The position numbers and the translations under genes were made by a program. DNA of 64,000 nt from Eledone cirrhosa. Its lineage: Eukaryota. The stretch is taken from the NCBI GenBank assembly GCA_964016885.1, contig OZ024752.1, positions 4,898,001 to 4,962,000 of the forward strand. The letters are read 5' to 3'. Shown here piece after piece: positions 26,126-40,164 of the stretch (within the stretch, counting starts at the first letter, position 1; every line of letters begins with the position of its first letter). Under the pieces are notes generated by a model that saw nothing but the letters and a program-made list of their open reading frames with translations, had not been told where the DNA came from and did no database searches.

Positions 26126-27352
26126 GATTGATGTAATATTGTTGTGTTCAGGTGTATATTTGTATCTATACTGCAAAATAATCTGTTGATATATTTACAT
26201 AAACATCTTTCATTCCACTTGTCTCAATTCATTTTTATTTTTATTTACAATACAAATTTATATACCTTACATCCAAACACTCCATCAACACCCTAACCAC
26301 CCCTCACACACATCTCTAGATCTACTTCCCCAATCCCCACACACTTCTCCCACCCAACTTCTGTACCAGCAAGACATGGTCAACTGACCTGGCTTGTCTC
26401 ACAACAGGACAACAGGACAACTCCATGTTAGTATTGAAAAATAGACAGGAGTCACAAGTCCAGACTTGTGACTCCTGTCTAAAGACTTTGATATTATTGT
26501 TTCTCAGTTATTGTAGTGGGGTTGGAAATTCAATGTGAATGAAGCCACTCAACAATTAATAAGCAGGAATGCTTTTGTGATCTTGTCTGCAGGGCGCAGC
26601 CCTCCACCGCTGCACCCTAGGCCCGGAGCCCAACCATTCTCCCCTTCCCTTCCTCCCTCCTTTCTTCCCCCTCCCCATTCTTCTGTGACATTAGACTCCT
26701 TGCTATTCCCTCCCCTTCCCGTTTTTTTTCTTATTCTTTTATTTCTTTATATTTTCCTATTTTACATTCCATTCTTCTTAATCTAAATTTTCTTTTTCTA
26801 TTAAACTATATTTATATGATATATTCCATAAATAAAATATTTTAAACATTAATAAGTGATTTTTCAATAACTAGCTTCAGCATTCGATCATCAGAACTTG
26901 CTATCTTCAGTTCAATGTTAATGCCTACTCTTACCAATGATCATGGATACAAGTGACCAAAATAGGGTTCTTCCAAAGGGTCTTTAAAGTAACATTACTC
27001 AATACCGTGCATAGGTGAGTGGTCAGGGAGTCACTCCAGGTAGATCCACTACTTCTCTACATCAAGAGATCATAGCTTTGGCACTATGGACATGGAGTTA
27101 CAATTTCTAAGGAAAGAATTGCAGGACAGATTTTATGAGCAAAAACATTTGGTAAGGACACCCAGATGTAGACCATGAGCAAGATGGTTGGATAACATCC
27201 ATAATCTTGTTTGGTCTCACTTCAGATAGCTGCTTCTAGAAGATATGTCTGGAATAAATGGGAGGAGAAATGTCACACACTCTTTATTTTTTATTTTCTA
27301 ATTTTTTCTTATTATTTTCTCTATAATTACCTTCTACAATTTTTGTTTTCAG

Positions 27353-27571
27353 AACTTGATCCTGAAATCCCAGATGATGATATGCGTCCACCTCCTATTA
27401 TTAACATGGGCCCGCAAAATCAGACATTGCAGGCAAAGACGGATGCTGTATTGCCTTGTCAGGCACACGGCGATCCGATGCCTACAATACAGTGGCTCCG
27501 TAATGGTCGTCCTTTGCAGATGAACAATCCAAGACTCATGTTACTTGGAACTGGATCTCTTAAGATATCTG
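27353..27571 (+). CDS. robo: Robo-like exon (Ig5, first part)
   Basis: AG/GT boundaries; ...RPPPIINMGPQNQTLQAKTDAVLPCQAHGDPMPTIQWLRNG...GSLKIS resembles the Robo Ig5 start PPPII.QGP.NQT; 219 bp, phase 1 to 1. Confidence 0.92.
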
Positions 27572-28629
27572 GTAAGTTGATTTTTACAATATTGTTGTTA
27601 GATTTGATGAAATTTTACTGCTATTTTTGGCATGTTGAGTAGATTCATGGTGGTGTCCCATGTTTGTAGCTATACATGAATGTGGAGGCATGTTTGTTAG
27701 TGTATGGTTCATTTTTGGTTTTCTCATCATATTGTAGTTTCAATTTCAGTGGTACTTTGTCAAACCTGCAAAGACTAGGCTTTTTTAGAGGTGGCCTTTA
27801 CTTGCCTCATCGTAACTACATCATTGGGTTGTGAGAGTTTTCTTGGGAGCTTTAAGTGCTACCCATTGCTCCATCTGCCCTAGTCGTTGACTGCTGTTGG
27901 TCCAGTGTTGCTTATTCATCTGGCAGTTGCCTGCTTATATCGCAACTGCCACCTACAACCCGTACTCAAGCAGAACAGCTCTGCCAAAAATTGTTAGTGT
28001 ATATTCAGAAATATATGTGTGTGTATATGTCTATCCATAAATGTATGCGTGTGTGGAATGCAACAGTAATTTATAAATTGAACTAGTTGCCAAGAATGCA
28101 TTATTTATACAAATAATCCACCAAAGGCGGTGGATTGGCAGTATCGGTAGAGGGTCGGACGCCATGCTTTGACGCATAGATTTACGGCCCTTGCAATTCT
28201 GAGTTCAAATCCCGCCGAGGTTAACTTTGCCTTTCATCCTTATGGGGTCGATAAAATAAAGTACCAGTAATACACTGGGTTTTTGCTGGCCTTGTACCAA
28301 AAGTAGAAACAATTATTTATACAAATCAGTCTATCCAATTTAGTTGAGCCCTTAAGAATAATGGGTTTCTAAGCAATGACTGTGAACATTTAAAGAGGCT
28401 CTTTACATTCTGAATTCAAATCCTGCCATGGTCAACTTTGATTTTCAAAATTCTGGTGGTGGCAGCAGCAGTGTTATAGCCCTTAAAACAGGCAAAAGAG
28501 ATGATCCAAGAATACATTAGCAAGTCTTTCTTTATTCTTTTATTTTGTTCGTTAAGATGTAATTTGAGAGATTTCTAGCAGTCTTGTTGAAGTAACATAA
28601 GATTGAACCTGTATCCTTGTCTTTTACAG

Positions 28630-28719
28630 ATCTCCATTTGTCTGACACTGCTACATATACATGCCGTGCTGTAAGTGAAACTGGTGAAACTATATGGAGT
28701 GCATCATTAGTTGTGCCAA
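28630..28719 (+). CDS. robo: Robo-like exon (Ig5, end)
   Basis: tacag acceptor and gtaagt donor; (D)LHLSDTATYTCRAVSETGETIWSASLVVP has the Robo-type GET.WSA.L; 90 bp, phase 1 to 1. Absent from the ORF track. Confidence 0.9.
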
Positions 28720-29269
28720 GTAAGTAGTTTTTAATTTTTTTAATATATATATGATTTTGATGATGATTGATTTCATTTTACGTCTGCTTATTCCCTGCTT
28801 GCAAGGGTGGGACGGGAACTGATTCTGGCTTGATTTCTACAGCTGGATGCCCTTCCTAACACCAACCTCATTTACAGTAAGTGCTGGGTGCTTTTTTTTC
28901 CGTGGCGCCTACATGACCACTTTACAGTGGAATGATAGGGACCCCAGTCCCTATCATGTCATTTCTACAGCTGAGTAAACTGGAGCAATGTGAAATAAAG
29001 TGTCTTGCTCAAGGAAACAACACATCACCCGGTCTGAGAATTGAACTCACAACCTTTCGATTGCAAGGCCAATGCTCTAACCACTAAGCCATGTGCCTCC
29101 ATTATATATATATATAAATGTGGGTAATATTAAATATTATCCAATTACAAGTATGAGAGTAGCTCAATGTAAAATAAATATAATACAGAGCTGAAATACT
29201 TTATAAATAACAATCAAAGAGTGTTTAAAAACATTTAATTACTAATGATCGTAAATGTTCTTAAACACG

Positions 29270-29705
29270 TGTGTCATTGCCCTTGAGAGGTGCAATGATC
29301 TCCCCACTCCAAGGCTTCCATCGACTTTTTGTGCTCTGCACCTTTTTATGCAGCTGTCATCATTCATATGCATTACATGTCCATACCAACATAACCTCCT
29401 CTACTGCACACAGCATTTGATTCTTCTTATGCTCAGTCTCTCTCTCAATTCGTTTATACTTTGTCGTTCACGTATGTTACTATTACACATCCATCAGAGC
29501 ATGCAAGTCTTCTACAGACAGCGCCCAGGTTTCACTTCCATGTAACATTGCTGTTCGTATACACGCATCATACAGTCTGCCTTTCATTTTGCAGCTGTCA
29601 GTGGCAGTAGCTCCCTGAACTTCTTCTATCTCGTTCTTACCCTAGTTATTGTACTTTCCGAACTCCCACCTCTGCTGCTAATTTGGTCACCTAGGTAGCA
29701 GAAGT
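29270..29705 (-). mobile_element. Degenerate RTE C-terminal fragment
   Basis: Homologous to 20870-21300 (MKGRLYDACIRTAMLHGSETW). Confidence 0.8.
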
Positions 29706-31334
29706 TATTATTATTATTATTATTAATACATTCCTTACAATTTTATTTTTTCTACTATATAACTTAGATTTATACCTTATCCCCTTAGTAACACCTCTAA
29801 TGGAATAAATAAGTACATAATATACCTTCCACTGTTATTCTACTTTAATTATTTTATTACTTTCCCCTTTAACTACTTTCCTTAATACTTAACATATGAT
29901 ATAATATATATTCATTAATAATTGTTTCTACTTTTGGGACAAAGCCAGCAATTATCCCAGTGTATTACTGGTAATAATGGTTGTGAATTAATATCATTAC
30001 TTGTCTTTAGGATGGATAATATACGATTGTTACTAATCATTCTTATAGTAAATATAAAAATAAATATAATATATATTCGCTGGTAAATAATAGTTACATT
30101 ACGTGTATTATAAATTTAACGTGTGTATGAACCAATTTAGTCTGTCAAAAAATTCTTTGCTATTAAAGATTTCTTTCTATTATATATAAAAAAAGTTTGT
30201 ATTGAATATAATACTTTAACATTCTAAAGATTGTAATATTTTAACAATCTAATATAGTAAAGGATAGATATATAACTAATGACAATGTTTATAACATTGT
30301 AATATATAAATATTTTTTAAATATTTCTTAATATTATTTTAAGTCAGCAATAATACTTAATATATAATTGTAATCATGTGAATTACCTCCCTTAGTCTAT
30401 GTACCACTTCCTCCATTCCATACAAACTTTAATGGTTTAATACAAATTCATAAACTCCAGACATAGTCCAGGAGACATTGCTGGCTGATGTTTGAATTTT
30501 AACTTAGTCCAGCATGTGATGCTATTTAGAAAATGTGGAGTATCAAGTGTCTTAACTACCTATAGCCACTCAATGGTGTTTGCTGATTGGAGGTGACAGT
30601 ATTGATTGTATTTATAGAATTAAAATATTTGTTATGACAGGGCCACACCGACATCAGATTGGTACTTACATTATTATTATAACCTTACGGCCCTTGCCAT
30701 TCTGAGTTCAAATCCCGCCGAGGTTAACTTTGCCTTTCATCCTTACGGGATCGATAAAATAAAGTACCAGTAATACACTGGGTAATTGCTGGCCTTGTGC
30801 CAAAAGTAGAAACAATTATTATTATAACATTAAGAAAAAGCTTAAGCTCTATATTTTTGGACTGTATGTTTTCGAACTCTATATTTCTGTACTCTATGCT
30901 TTTAGGCTTTGTAATGTTTGGACTCTATATTCTACTGCATGGATATTATGACTAATATTATAAAACTTTTTGCCTAATATCAATATATCCTTTGATGTTT
31001 ATAATTTTTAATAAACTACATTATATACTTTCATTGTACCATTCTGCTTACATTACGTATATTGCATGTACTCTATTGTAATTGATATTTTTGCTATAAT
31101 ATTCTTGTATAATAACCATATTCTTTTATATAACCTATACCTCCAATTATTTATATTATATATTTATTATAATTTTTCATTATAATTATTCATTACAATT
31201 TTTATGTCTGTTCAATTTTTATACTCTTGCTCTATAATATATTAATGTTAATACTTATACTTAGTCTTCTCACCTACAATGTATCCTGATAAATGTTCAA
31301 GTGAATAGGATTATATTTGTTTTAACCGTTGTAT

Positions 31335-31379
31335 GCTCTGATGATTCCAGACTTTTGTCTGGATGAAACGATCTTAAGC
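31335..31379 (+). ncRNA. Minimal hammerhead motif (same family as 11128-11469)
   Basis: GCT-CTGATGA-T-TCCAGAC-TTTT-GTCTGGA-T-GAAA-CGATCT-TA-AGC, then ATTAAA, then (TA)n at ~31419. Confidence 0.75.
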
Positions 31380-31417
31380 TATTAAATGTTTTAAACACCA
31401 TTTGATTGTAATTTATG

Positions 31418-31462
<45 letters not shown>

Positions 31463-32084
31463 TATAGGAAATATATTCACTATAATCTCAATTGCTCACA
31501 ATTATTCACTCAATGAGAGAGAGTGCAAGAGTAAAGGAAAGGCAGAGAGAGAGAGAGAGAGTGAAAGAACAGCAGAGAGAGTAAAAAAAAATGACGAGAA
31601 ACAAAGAAAAGGATAGAAAATAGAAGACAATAAAAAACCTAAAAACATTAGGGTCTTATGAGGAAGGACAGGGTTATATTATTGAAATAAGGAGATATTG
31701 AAGAAATAAAACCTGGCCAGAAAAATGTCGAGGGACAGTTTAAAGAGAGTATATATAAATAATAAGGGAAAGAATATTAATAAGGGGTTCTCATCATCAA
31801 CTGTCAGATAACAACAGAGTTTGACCCAGCTTTCAGATGGTTAGGATTTGGTACCTCTTTTTGTTTGTTTATTGTTGCCATTTTTGTGTTATTTCTTTAA
31901 TATCTGTCTCCTTCTCGCTGTCGGTCTCTTTGTTTCTGTTTTTCTGTCTCCTTCTCTCTTTCTTTCTCTATCTCTTTCTCTCTCTCTTTCTCTCTCTATC
32001 TGTCTGTCTCTCTCTCTCTATCTGTCTATCTCTCTCTCTATCTCATTCTTTCTCTACATGGTCCTCCCACCTGGATCTCTCACA

Positions 32085-33460
32085 ATGGGACAGTGCGTCT
32101 TCTATATGCAGATAATCTAACTCTCATAGCTGAATCTATGGCTGAACTAGAGAAGAAATTCCAAACATGGAAGCATGGCCTAGAATCAAAAGGCCTTAGA
32201 GTCAACTTGTCTAAGACTAAAGTTCTAGTATGTAGAAAGGAGAATAGGGCACATTTCCCCTGGGAAATGGCCATGCTCAGTGTGTAGGAAAGGAGTAGGT
32301 TGAAATTCCATTCTATGCCCCAAATGCAAACTATCGGTGCATAAAAGATGTAGTGAGATCAGAGGTAAGCTATCTAAGAATGTAGATTTTATATGTGGCC
32401 AATTCTCAGGTGCAGTAAGTAGCAAGGACCCACTGGATGATATCTCCTTCAACTGCCCAGATGGTTCTATAGAAATAGTAGACACCTTCTGTTACCTGGG
32501 TAACAGAATCAGCAGTTGAGGATGGTGCTCTGAAAGTGTAGTAGCCAGAGTTAGAGTGGGATGGAAAAGGTTCAGAGAGCTTATACCACTGTTGGCTACA
32601 AAAGGTTTCTCTCTAAAAATGAAAGGCAGACTGTATGATGCTTGTACATGAACAGCAATGTTACATGGTAGTGAGACATGGGCATTGTATGCAGAGGACC
32701 TGCACAGATTGAAAAAGAATGAAGCATGCCTGCTCCGTTGGATGTGTAATACAAGAACAGCAAAACATAAACAAACTAAGTGAGAAATTAGGAATAAGAG
32801 GGATCAGATGCAGTTTACTTGCGAGAAGATTATTTTGGTATGGTCATGTGATGTGCATAAAAGATGACAGCTGTATAAAAAAAGTGCAGGGTGATCAAAA
32901 TTGATGGAAGTTACGGAGTAGGTAGACCCAGAAAAACCTGGGACAGCATGATAAAATCTGACTTTGCACACTGGCACCTCTCTAAGACAATGACACTGGA
33001 ACAAAACCTTTGGCACTAAGCAGAAATACAGAAGACCTGCCTTCTCTTGCATAGAAAGTTAAACTTACAGTCAATAGGTACCTCTTAACCAAATATACAC
33101 CCCAACCCACTATCCCTACTCCATCCTCCCACCCACACTCACACCACCCTTTCTCTGTAAAGTTATGTTGGTACCACAGAACATCCAGTTCAAATTAAAG
33201 AGGTTGTGTAGGTGTCACAACAAAAAGCACCCAGCCCACGCTGTAAAGTGGTTGTGTAGGAGACATGGTAAAAAGGCTCCCAGTAAATGTGGTTGGTGTT
33301 AGGAAGGGCATCCAGCCATAGAAAACCTGCCAAATACAGTCCTATACGAGCAAGACTCAGTCACTTGATCAATCTTGCCTTAGGTGGGACAATTTCCCGT
33401 CTAACCCATGCTAGCGTGGAAGATAGACGTTAAACGATGATGATGATGATGATGATGATG
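32085..33460 (+). mobile_element. 5'-truncated RTE LINE with 3' UTR and (GAT)n tail
   Basis: LLYADNLTLIAESMAELEKKFQTWKHGLESKGL... is near-identical to the 20590-22110 copy; several stops. Confidence 0.9.
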
Positions 33461-34083
33461 AGAGAGGGATGTAAAATCCTGACCACGGGGCCAAGCGGTT
33501 TTGGCTTGTGTGTTCAACAAGCCTTTCTATACCCACTCTGAATCTCTCCATGTATCGAGTGTACACAAGATTAGTGTCTCAGCTCTCTCTCTCTTTCTCT
33601 CTCCCTCTCCATATATATATATATATGTGTGTGTATGTATGTGCATGTACATATGTACATGGGTGAATGTGTTTATGGGTATGTGTATCTGATTTGGATG
33701 GTTGACATTTGCCACTGGAGAGACTAAGCAAGCCATTACCAATGACCTTTTTTACATGTATGTCATTTACCAAAACTGAAAACCTTCACACTTTGCCCAC
33801 GTATAATAGTTATTCACAAAAACCCTGCATACCACACAGTTCCAGTCTGCTCTACCCTGCCAATCTGCCTCTCACATTCCCCAAGCCTAAAGGTCACTCC
33901 TCTCTGTCGCTCAGCATTAGTGGGTCATTCTAGCATGTCAGTAATGCATTAAGGAACACTTCAGCACGCCAGAGTGTATTAAGACCATGCCTAGCAAACC
34001 AACAAATTGCAGCTGTTTCATATGATCAAGTATGGTTGGTGCTGACTCTGTTGTTGTTTCCACTCTTGCTTCAGCTGTTATTC

Positions 34084-34119
<36 letters not shown>

Positions 34120-34191
34120 TCATCATCATCATCGTTTAACGTCCATCTTCCACGCTTGCATGGGTTTGGACAGATATATATATATATATAA

Positions 34192-34315
34192 ATAAATATA
34201 AGTATGTATACGTACATACATATATGTATATACAGACGTACAGTATACATACTTATATTTAAGTAACAGCCGTACTAAGAGTGAGAAATGAAATTTTGTT
34301 TAATTTTTCTCGTTT
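34192..34315 (+). mobile_element. Small fold-back copy of the 431-nt element's 3' end
   Basis: TAAATATAAGTATGTATAC...GTATACATACTTATATTTA hairpin, ending CGTTT|ATATA as the 13779 copy does. Confidence 0.7.
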
Positions 34316-34654
34316 ATATATATATCATCATCATCATCATCATTTTACGTCCACTTTTCCCTGCTTGCAAGGGTGGGACGGGAACTGATTCTGGCTTGAT
34401 TTCTACAGCTGGATTCCCTTCCTAAAACCAACCTCATTTACAGTGAGTGCTGGGTGCTTTTTTGCCGTGGCACCTCCACGACCACTTTACAGTGGAATGA
34501 TATGGACCCCAGTCCCTATCATCTCAGCTGAGTAAACTGGAGCAATGTGAAATAAAGGGTCTTGCTCAAGGAAACAACACATCACCCGGTCTGAGAATTG
34601 AACTCACAACCTTTCGATTGCGAGGCCAATGCTCTAACCACTAAGCCATGCGCA

Positions 34655-34870
<216 letters not shown>

Positions 34871-35592
34871 AAAGTGAGGTTTTTTTTACAAAATGAAAAA
34901 TAACCGAGGTGCCCTACACGAGCGAAAGTATAAAGAAAAAGAGATGAAATCGAAAATGCAACTGGAGTCTTATTTTTTTTTTAAAATATATATAAGGAAC
35001 CAAAAAAATATATATATTTTTAAAAAAAATAAGACTCCAGTTGCATTTTCGATTTCATCTCTTTTTCTTTATATATATATATTCAATATTATTATATATA
35101 TATATATGCAGGCATGGAAAAGTGGACGTAAATGATGATGATGATATATATATATCATATTTTATATATATATATATATAAGGAAAAAAGATGAAATCGA
35201 AAATGCAACTGGAGTCTTTTTTTTTTTAAATATATATTTATTTGGTTGCTTTACCGGTTTTGCAGTTCTTCTGCTTTTCAAAAGTAGAATTGAGATGGAG
35301 GGTTTGTGGTTTTTCTCACGTGTGGCTGGTCTTTGAATGTTACTTCTGTTTTATATGGAAAAAAGTGGCTCGAAATGCTAGGTTTTTAGAGAAGTAATTT
35401 GGTTGGATGGTGAATAAGTATAATAAATTTCGCACCAGTTCACGTTACAAAGTGTTCTTATTATATTTGCCTTCAATCAAAGGGGCGGGCTCAGGTTGTT
35501 TTTTCATATATGAGTGAAGTTTGGTTGGTTGATGCAGTCACGTGAATAAGTACATCAGCTTTCGCACCAGTTTGTGTTTGAATTTCTTTTTT

Positions 35593-36177
35593 ACCCAAGA
35601 AATGCGGAAGCTTACAACACTATTCACAAGAACATCCCACAATTGAAACAAGACCCAAGAATGAAAAAAGCCCTTGAAACACACAAAATAATCAAAAGCA
35701 AAAGACAACCGAAATCACTAAAAACATTACTCACCAATGCCAAATTACCTACCACAAACCCACAACCAAGTGTCAAAAAATGTGGTCGCTCTAATTGTGG
35801 AACCTGCACTCTCCTAATTGAAGGCAACACGTATACATTTAAATCAGGACAAAATTTTACTGTAAAAAATCACTTCACTTTGCTCATCCAAAAATCTACT
35901 TTATGCCATTAAATGTAAAGGATGCAATGAAGATTATATAGGACAAACTAAACTCACATTCAGAAACAGAATGACAGTTCATCGCCAACAATTACGAGAT
36001 CCAACCACGAGACATATACCACTAAGTGCACATCTAGACATATGCGCAAGTAATAAGGTACCCAAATTCCAAGTCTTCCAGTTTTATCTTTGCGCTGACA
36101 ATACAACAGAATAAATACAAATAAATAAGGAAAATATGTTTATTCAAAAATATAGACCAGCATTAAATATAGTTTAA
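35593..36177 (+). pseudogene. GIY-YIG endonuclease of a Penelope-like element (Neptune-like Cys-rich linker)
   Basis: KKCGRSNCGTC...FT, a frameshift at ~35880, then CSSKNLLYAIKCKGCNEDYIGQTKLTFRNRMTVH...LSAH...E*...KENMFIQKYRPALN; one frameshift and one stop. Confidence 0.88.
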
Positions 36178-37089
36178 TATACATTATGTCAACACCATAA
36201 CATGCTAACCATCCAAACAGACACATACATACACACACATAACACCTTCTACTTTAGAAAATAAAAACCAGAACTAAATAAACCTTAACATACGTTAATA
36301 CTCTAACACCTTAACATACTAACCCCCCCCCCCCCACACACACACATAACTCCCTCCAGAATCATTTTCCTACACACACACAAAATATATATATTCTCTC
36401 CATCTTAACATGCTAACCATACTCCCACACACACACATAACTCCCTCCCCAATTTCTACTAATAGAATCATCTTTCAACACACACACACACTAGCACACA
36501 AATAAACATACTTATCTCTACTTTATTTCAATAGAAAGTCTGAATTCTGACTCCGCAGCACACCAGCCATATTCACTGAACCAGAACAATTCGCCCCATC
36601 CCATTTTTCTTGGCCATTATCTATTGTTTGGCACAACATTCTCTAAAACAAAATAAATTCCCAAATACCAGGTCAAAATTTAATGTACTTGTTCATGTGA
36701 CAGTCATAATTTCATTTATAACCAATCAAATTACATTTATAAAAAAAAAGCCTTCCTGAGCCACCTTTTTTTTAAGTAAAAAGAAATTCAAACACAAACT
36801 GGCACGAAAGCTGATGTGCTTATTCACGTGACTGCATCAACCAACCAAACTTCACTGATATATGAAAAAACAACCTGACCGCCTCTTTTGTTTGAAGGCA
36901 AATATAATAAGAACTTTGTAATGTGAATTGGCCCGAAATTTATTATACTTATTCACCAACCAACCAACCAACCAAATTACTTCTCTAAAAACCTAGCATT
37001 TCGAGCCATTTTTTTCCATATAAAACAGAAGTAACATTCAAAGGCCAGCCAGATGTGAGAAAAACCACAAACCCTCCATCTCAATTCTA

Positions 37090-37126
37090 CTTTTGAAAAG
37101 CAGAAGAACTGCGAAACCAGTAAAAG
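37090..37126 (+). ncRNA. U3-A8 minimal hammerhead in the pLTR (mirror 35249-35284 -)
   Basis: Two-copy consensus CTT-TTGAAAA-GCAG-AAGAA-CTGC-GAAA-CCGG-TA-AAG; AATAAA follows. Confidence 0.72.
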
Positions 37127-37279
37127 AACCAAATAAATATATATATTTTTTTAAATAAGACTCCAGTTGCATTTTCGATTTCATCTTTTTTCGTTATACT
37201 TTCACTCGTGTAGGACACCTCGTTTTTTTTTCATTTTGTAAAAAAACCTCACTTTCAAATAATATATATATATATTTAA

Positions 37280-37760
37280 AAAAATAGAGGTGTGACACAC
37301 GAGTTGTGATATATTAGTAAAAAGGAAAAGAAAATGCTGACAATTTTTTCCCAGTGAAAAATATTTTAATTAGGAATAAGTATAAATTAGTAATAAGTAT
37401 TGGTTAGTATTCAGTTTTAGTTTTAAGTTTTTACCGGTTGTGCATTTTTAATGCTTTTCAAAAATAATTTTGAGTGTTCATGATTTTTGCTCTAATCTGA
37501 TCAGTTTTGGAAATTCTTCCTGTTTTATGTGAAAAATTTGGTGGTTGTTGAATGTCACGTGAATAAGCACTATAAATTTCACGCCAATTCGTGTTGCAAA
37601 AATTCTTGTAGTCAAAACAATTTTGATTGGTCGGTACAAGTCACGTGAATGTTCAAATTGATTTTAGGCGAACTGGTTTCACGCCAAATGTAGGTTTGTC
37701 GAAGAGTGTCCTTTTCTGCTTGATTGAGTTGCAGTGATGTTGAGAGGGCAAGCAGAATTT
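37280..37760 (-). mobile_element. Diverged related pLTR remnant, tail-to-tail with the previous element
   Basis: Shares TCACGTGAATAAG...TTTC(A/G)C(G/A)CCA and a decayed TTGAAAA-GCAT..ATGC-acaa-CCGG-TA. Confidence 0.6.
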
Positions 37761-37950
37761 TTACTGCTTACTAAATCGTAGACACATAAAAAGATAACAC
37801 ATACACACTAGATAACACTACATGCGGCTTTGACCGAGAGGGTCATTTAGAGGGAATGAGGGGGGGGGGGGGTGTAAGGATACACAGCCCCACTTTCCGC
37901 CATGGCGATTGGACTGCATGCCCTGCTTTCCAGGTTACCCTTTGCCACTG

Positions 37951-37984
<34 letters not shown>

Positions 37985-38614
37985 ATGTATATATGTATAT
38001 ATATATATATCTGTATATATATATGTGTGTGTGTATATATATATATATAAAATTTAGTACAGCATCATCGAAGCTCTGGTTGCAGCCAAGCTAACGAATG
38101 CAATCTCAGTGTGCAGCTAAGCACTCAATAGGGTATATTACTCTAGAGTTATAACATTACATTGAGACAGCTTTGCAAATTGAAGACAGCGACCGATAGA
38201 CGGGCCGCAGTGACCATAGCGACGAAAGAAACTGAACTCAGGATAACATTTTTGACTAACCTGGACCATTACATCGACATCATACACAACACATGATATA
38301 TACCATGTAATATCACATATAACATATAATATCTCCGCTAGGTTATATATATACACACATCTGTTTATACAGACAGAGAAATGTATTCCTCCTCTCTCTA
38401 ACATTAACACAACTCATTTAAAGCAGTCCTCAATATTTAAAAGTTTTTAGCATGTACAACTGTTCAGTTTATACACATCATGGTTCCTGCTAAGTCTTTT
38501 TACCTTCCTTCTCCAACAACTTCCATTTGCTATGGAGGATTGCATCTATTTCTATAAACACCTCTGCTGCATTGTTCTGGCTAATTTCTAACTGCTGACC
38601 TTTCTTTTAGCTTT

Positions 38615-38616
38615 GT

Positions 38617-38651
<35 letters not shown>

Positions 38652-40050
38652 GGTGGTGGTGGTGGTGGTGGTGGTGTTGTTGGTAGTGTTGCTGTTGCTG
38701 TTGGTGTTGGTGTTGTTGTTGTTGGTGGTGGTGGTGGTGGTGGTGTTGGTGGTGATGTTGTTGGTAGTGGTGGTGTTGGTGATGTTTGTGGTGTTGTTGT
38801 TGTTGTTGGTGGTAGTGGTGTTGGTGTTGTTGTTGTTGGTGGTGGTGTTGGTGGTGATGTTTGTGGTGGTGGTGTTGGTGGTGATGTTTGTGGTGTTGTT
38901 GTTGTTGGTGGTGTTGTTGGTGGTAGTGGTGTTGGTGGTGGTGGTGTTGGTGGTGATGTTTGTGGTGTTGTTGTTGTTGGTGGTAGTGGTGTTGGTGGTG
39001 ATGTTTGTGGTGTTGTTGTTGTTGGTGGTAGTGGTGTTGGTGGTGTTGTTGGTGGTAGTGGTGTTGGTGGTGGTGTTGGTGGTGGTGGTGTTGGTGGTGA
39101 TGTTTGTGGTGTTGTTGGTGGTAGTGGTGTTGGTGGTGTTGTTGGTGGTAGTGGTGTTGGTGGTGTTGTTGTTTGTGGTGGTAGTGGTGTTGGTGGTGTT
39201 GTTGTTGGTGGTGGTGTTGTTGGTAGTGGTGTTGGTGGTGTTGTTGTTGGTGGTAGTGGTGTTGGTGGTGTTGTTGGTGGTAGTGGTGTTGGTGGTGGTG
39301 TTGGTGGTGATGTTTGTGGTGTTGTTGTTGTTGGTGGTAGTGGTGTTGGTGGTGTTGTTGGTGGTAGTGGTGTTGGTGGTGTTGTTGTTGTTGGTGGTGG
39401 TGTTGTTGGTGGTGTTGGTGGTGGTGGTGTTGGTGGTGATGTTTGTGTGGTGTTGTTGGTGTTGGTGGTGTTGTTGGTGGTAGTGGTGTTGGTGGTGTTG
39501 TTGTTGGTGGTGGTGTTGTTGGTGATGTTGGTGGTGGTGGTGTTGGTGGTGATGTTTGTGGTGTTGTTGTTGTTGGTGGTAGTGGTGTTGGTGGTGGTGT
39601 TGTTGGTGGTGTTGGTGGTGGTGGTGTTGGTGGTGATGTTTGTGGTGTTGTTGTTGTTGGTGGTAGTGGTGTTGGTGGTGGTGTTGTTGTTGGTGGTGTT
39701 GTTGTTGATGGGGTTGATAGTAGTGGTGTTGTTGGTGGTGGTGTCAATGGTGGTGTTGTTAGTGTTGATGGTGTTGGTGTTGATGGTGGTGGTGTTGTTA
39801 GTGTTGATGGTGATGTTAGTGTTGGTGGTGCTGATGGTGGTGGTGGTGTTGTTAGTGTTGTTGGTGGTGGTGTTGTTGTTGTTGGTAGTGTTGTACGTAG
39901 TTTTGGTGGTGATGTTGGTGGTGACGTCGGTGATATGTTTTGTTTTCATGGTGATAAGGGTGGCGGTGATGATAGTGATGAAGATGCTAGTGAAGATGAT
40001 GAGTATGATGATGTTGATAGTGGTGATGAGGATGGCGATGATGATGTTTT
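38615..40050. repeat. Compound (GGT/GTT/GAT)n trinucleotide array
   Basis: Higher-order blocks such as GGTGGTAGTGGTGTT and GATGTTTGTGGT; open in several frames. Confidence 0.95.
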
Positions 40051-40164
40051 GTTTTCATTAAAACTGACATAGTTCCAGCTCCTGGTATCCTCCTCTGTTG
40101 TATGTCTTTGTTTCAGCAATAACAAGAGTGGCAGTGGGGGGGGGGGGGTGTATTAAACAGTCAA

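Larger units (their letters stand above)
35180..37257 (+). mobile_element. 5'-truncated Penelope-like retroelement with an inverted pLTR copy
   Basis: GIY-YIG remnant followed by a 3' region with a hammerhead motif. 35180-35594 is the reverse complement of ~36776-37195. TA repeats flank it. A second small fold-back of the same terminus lies at 34868-35072. Confidence 0.87.

Noticed and set aside
26865-26917. Hammerhead on the - strand (CTGAAGA...GAAG-CTAG-TT)
   Set aside because: GAAA is broken and no stem I pairing is found; at most a heavily decayed remnant.
38588-40072. Mucin/extensin-like or Gly/Val-rich ORFs
   Set aside because: A trinucleotide array open in several frames, with frame-switching composition and no signal peptide or exon support.
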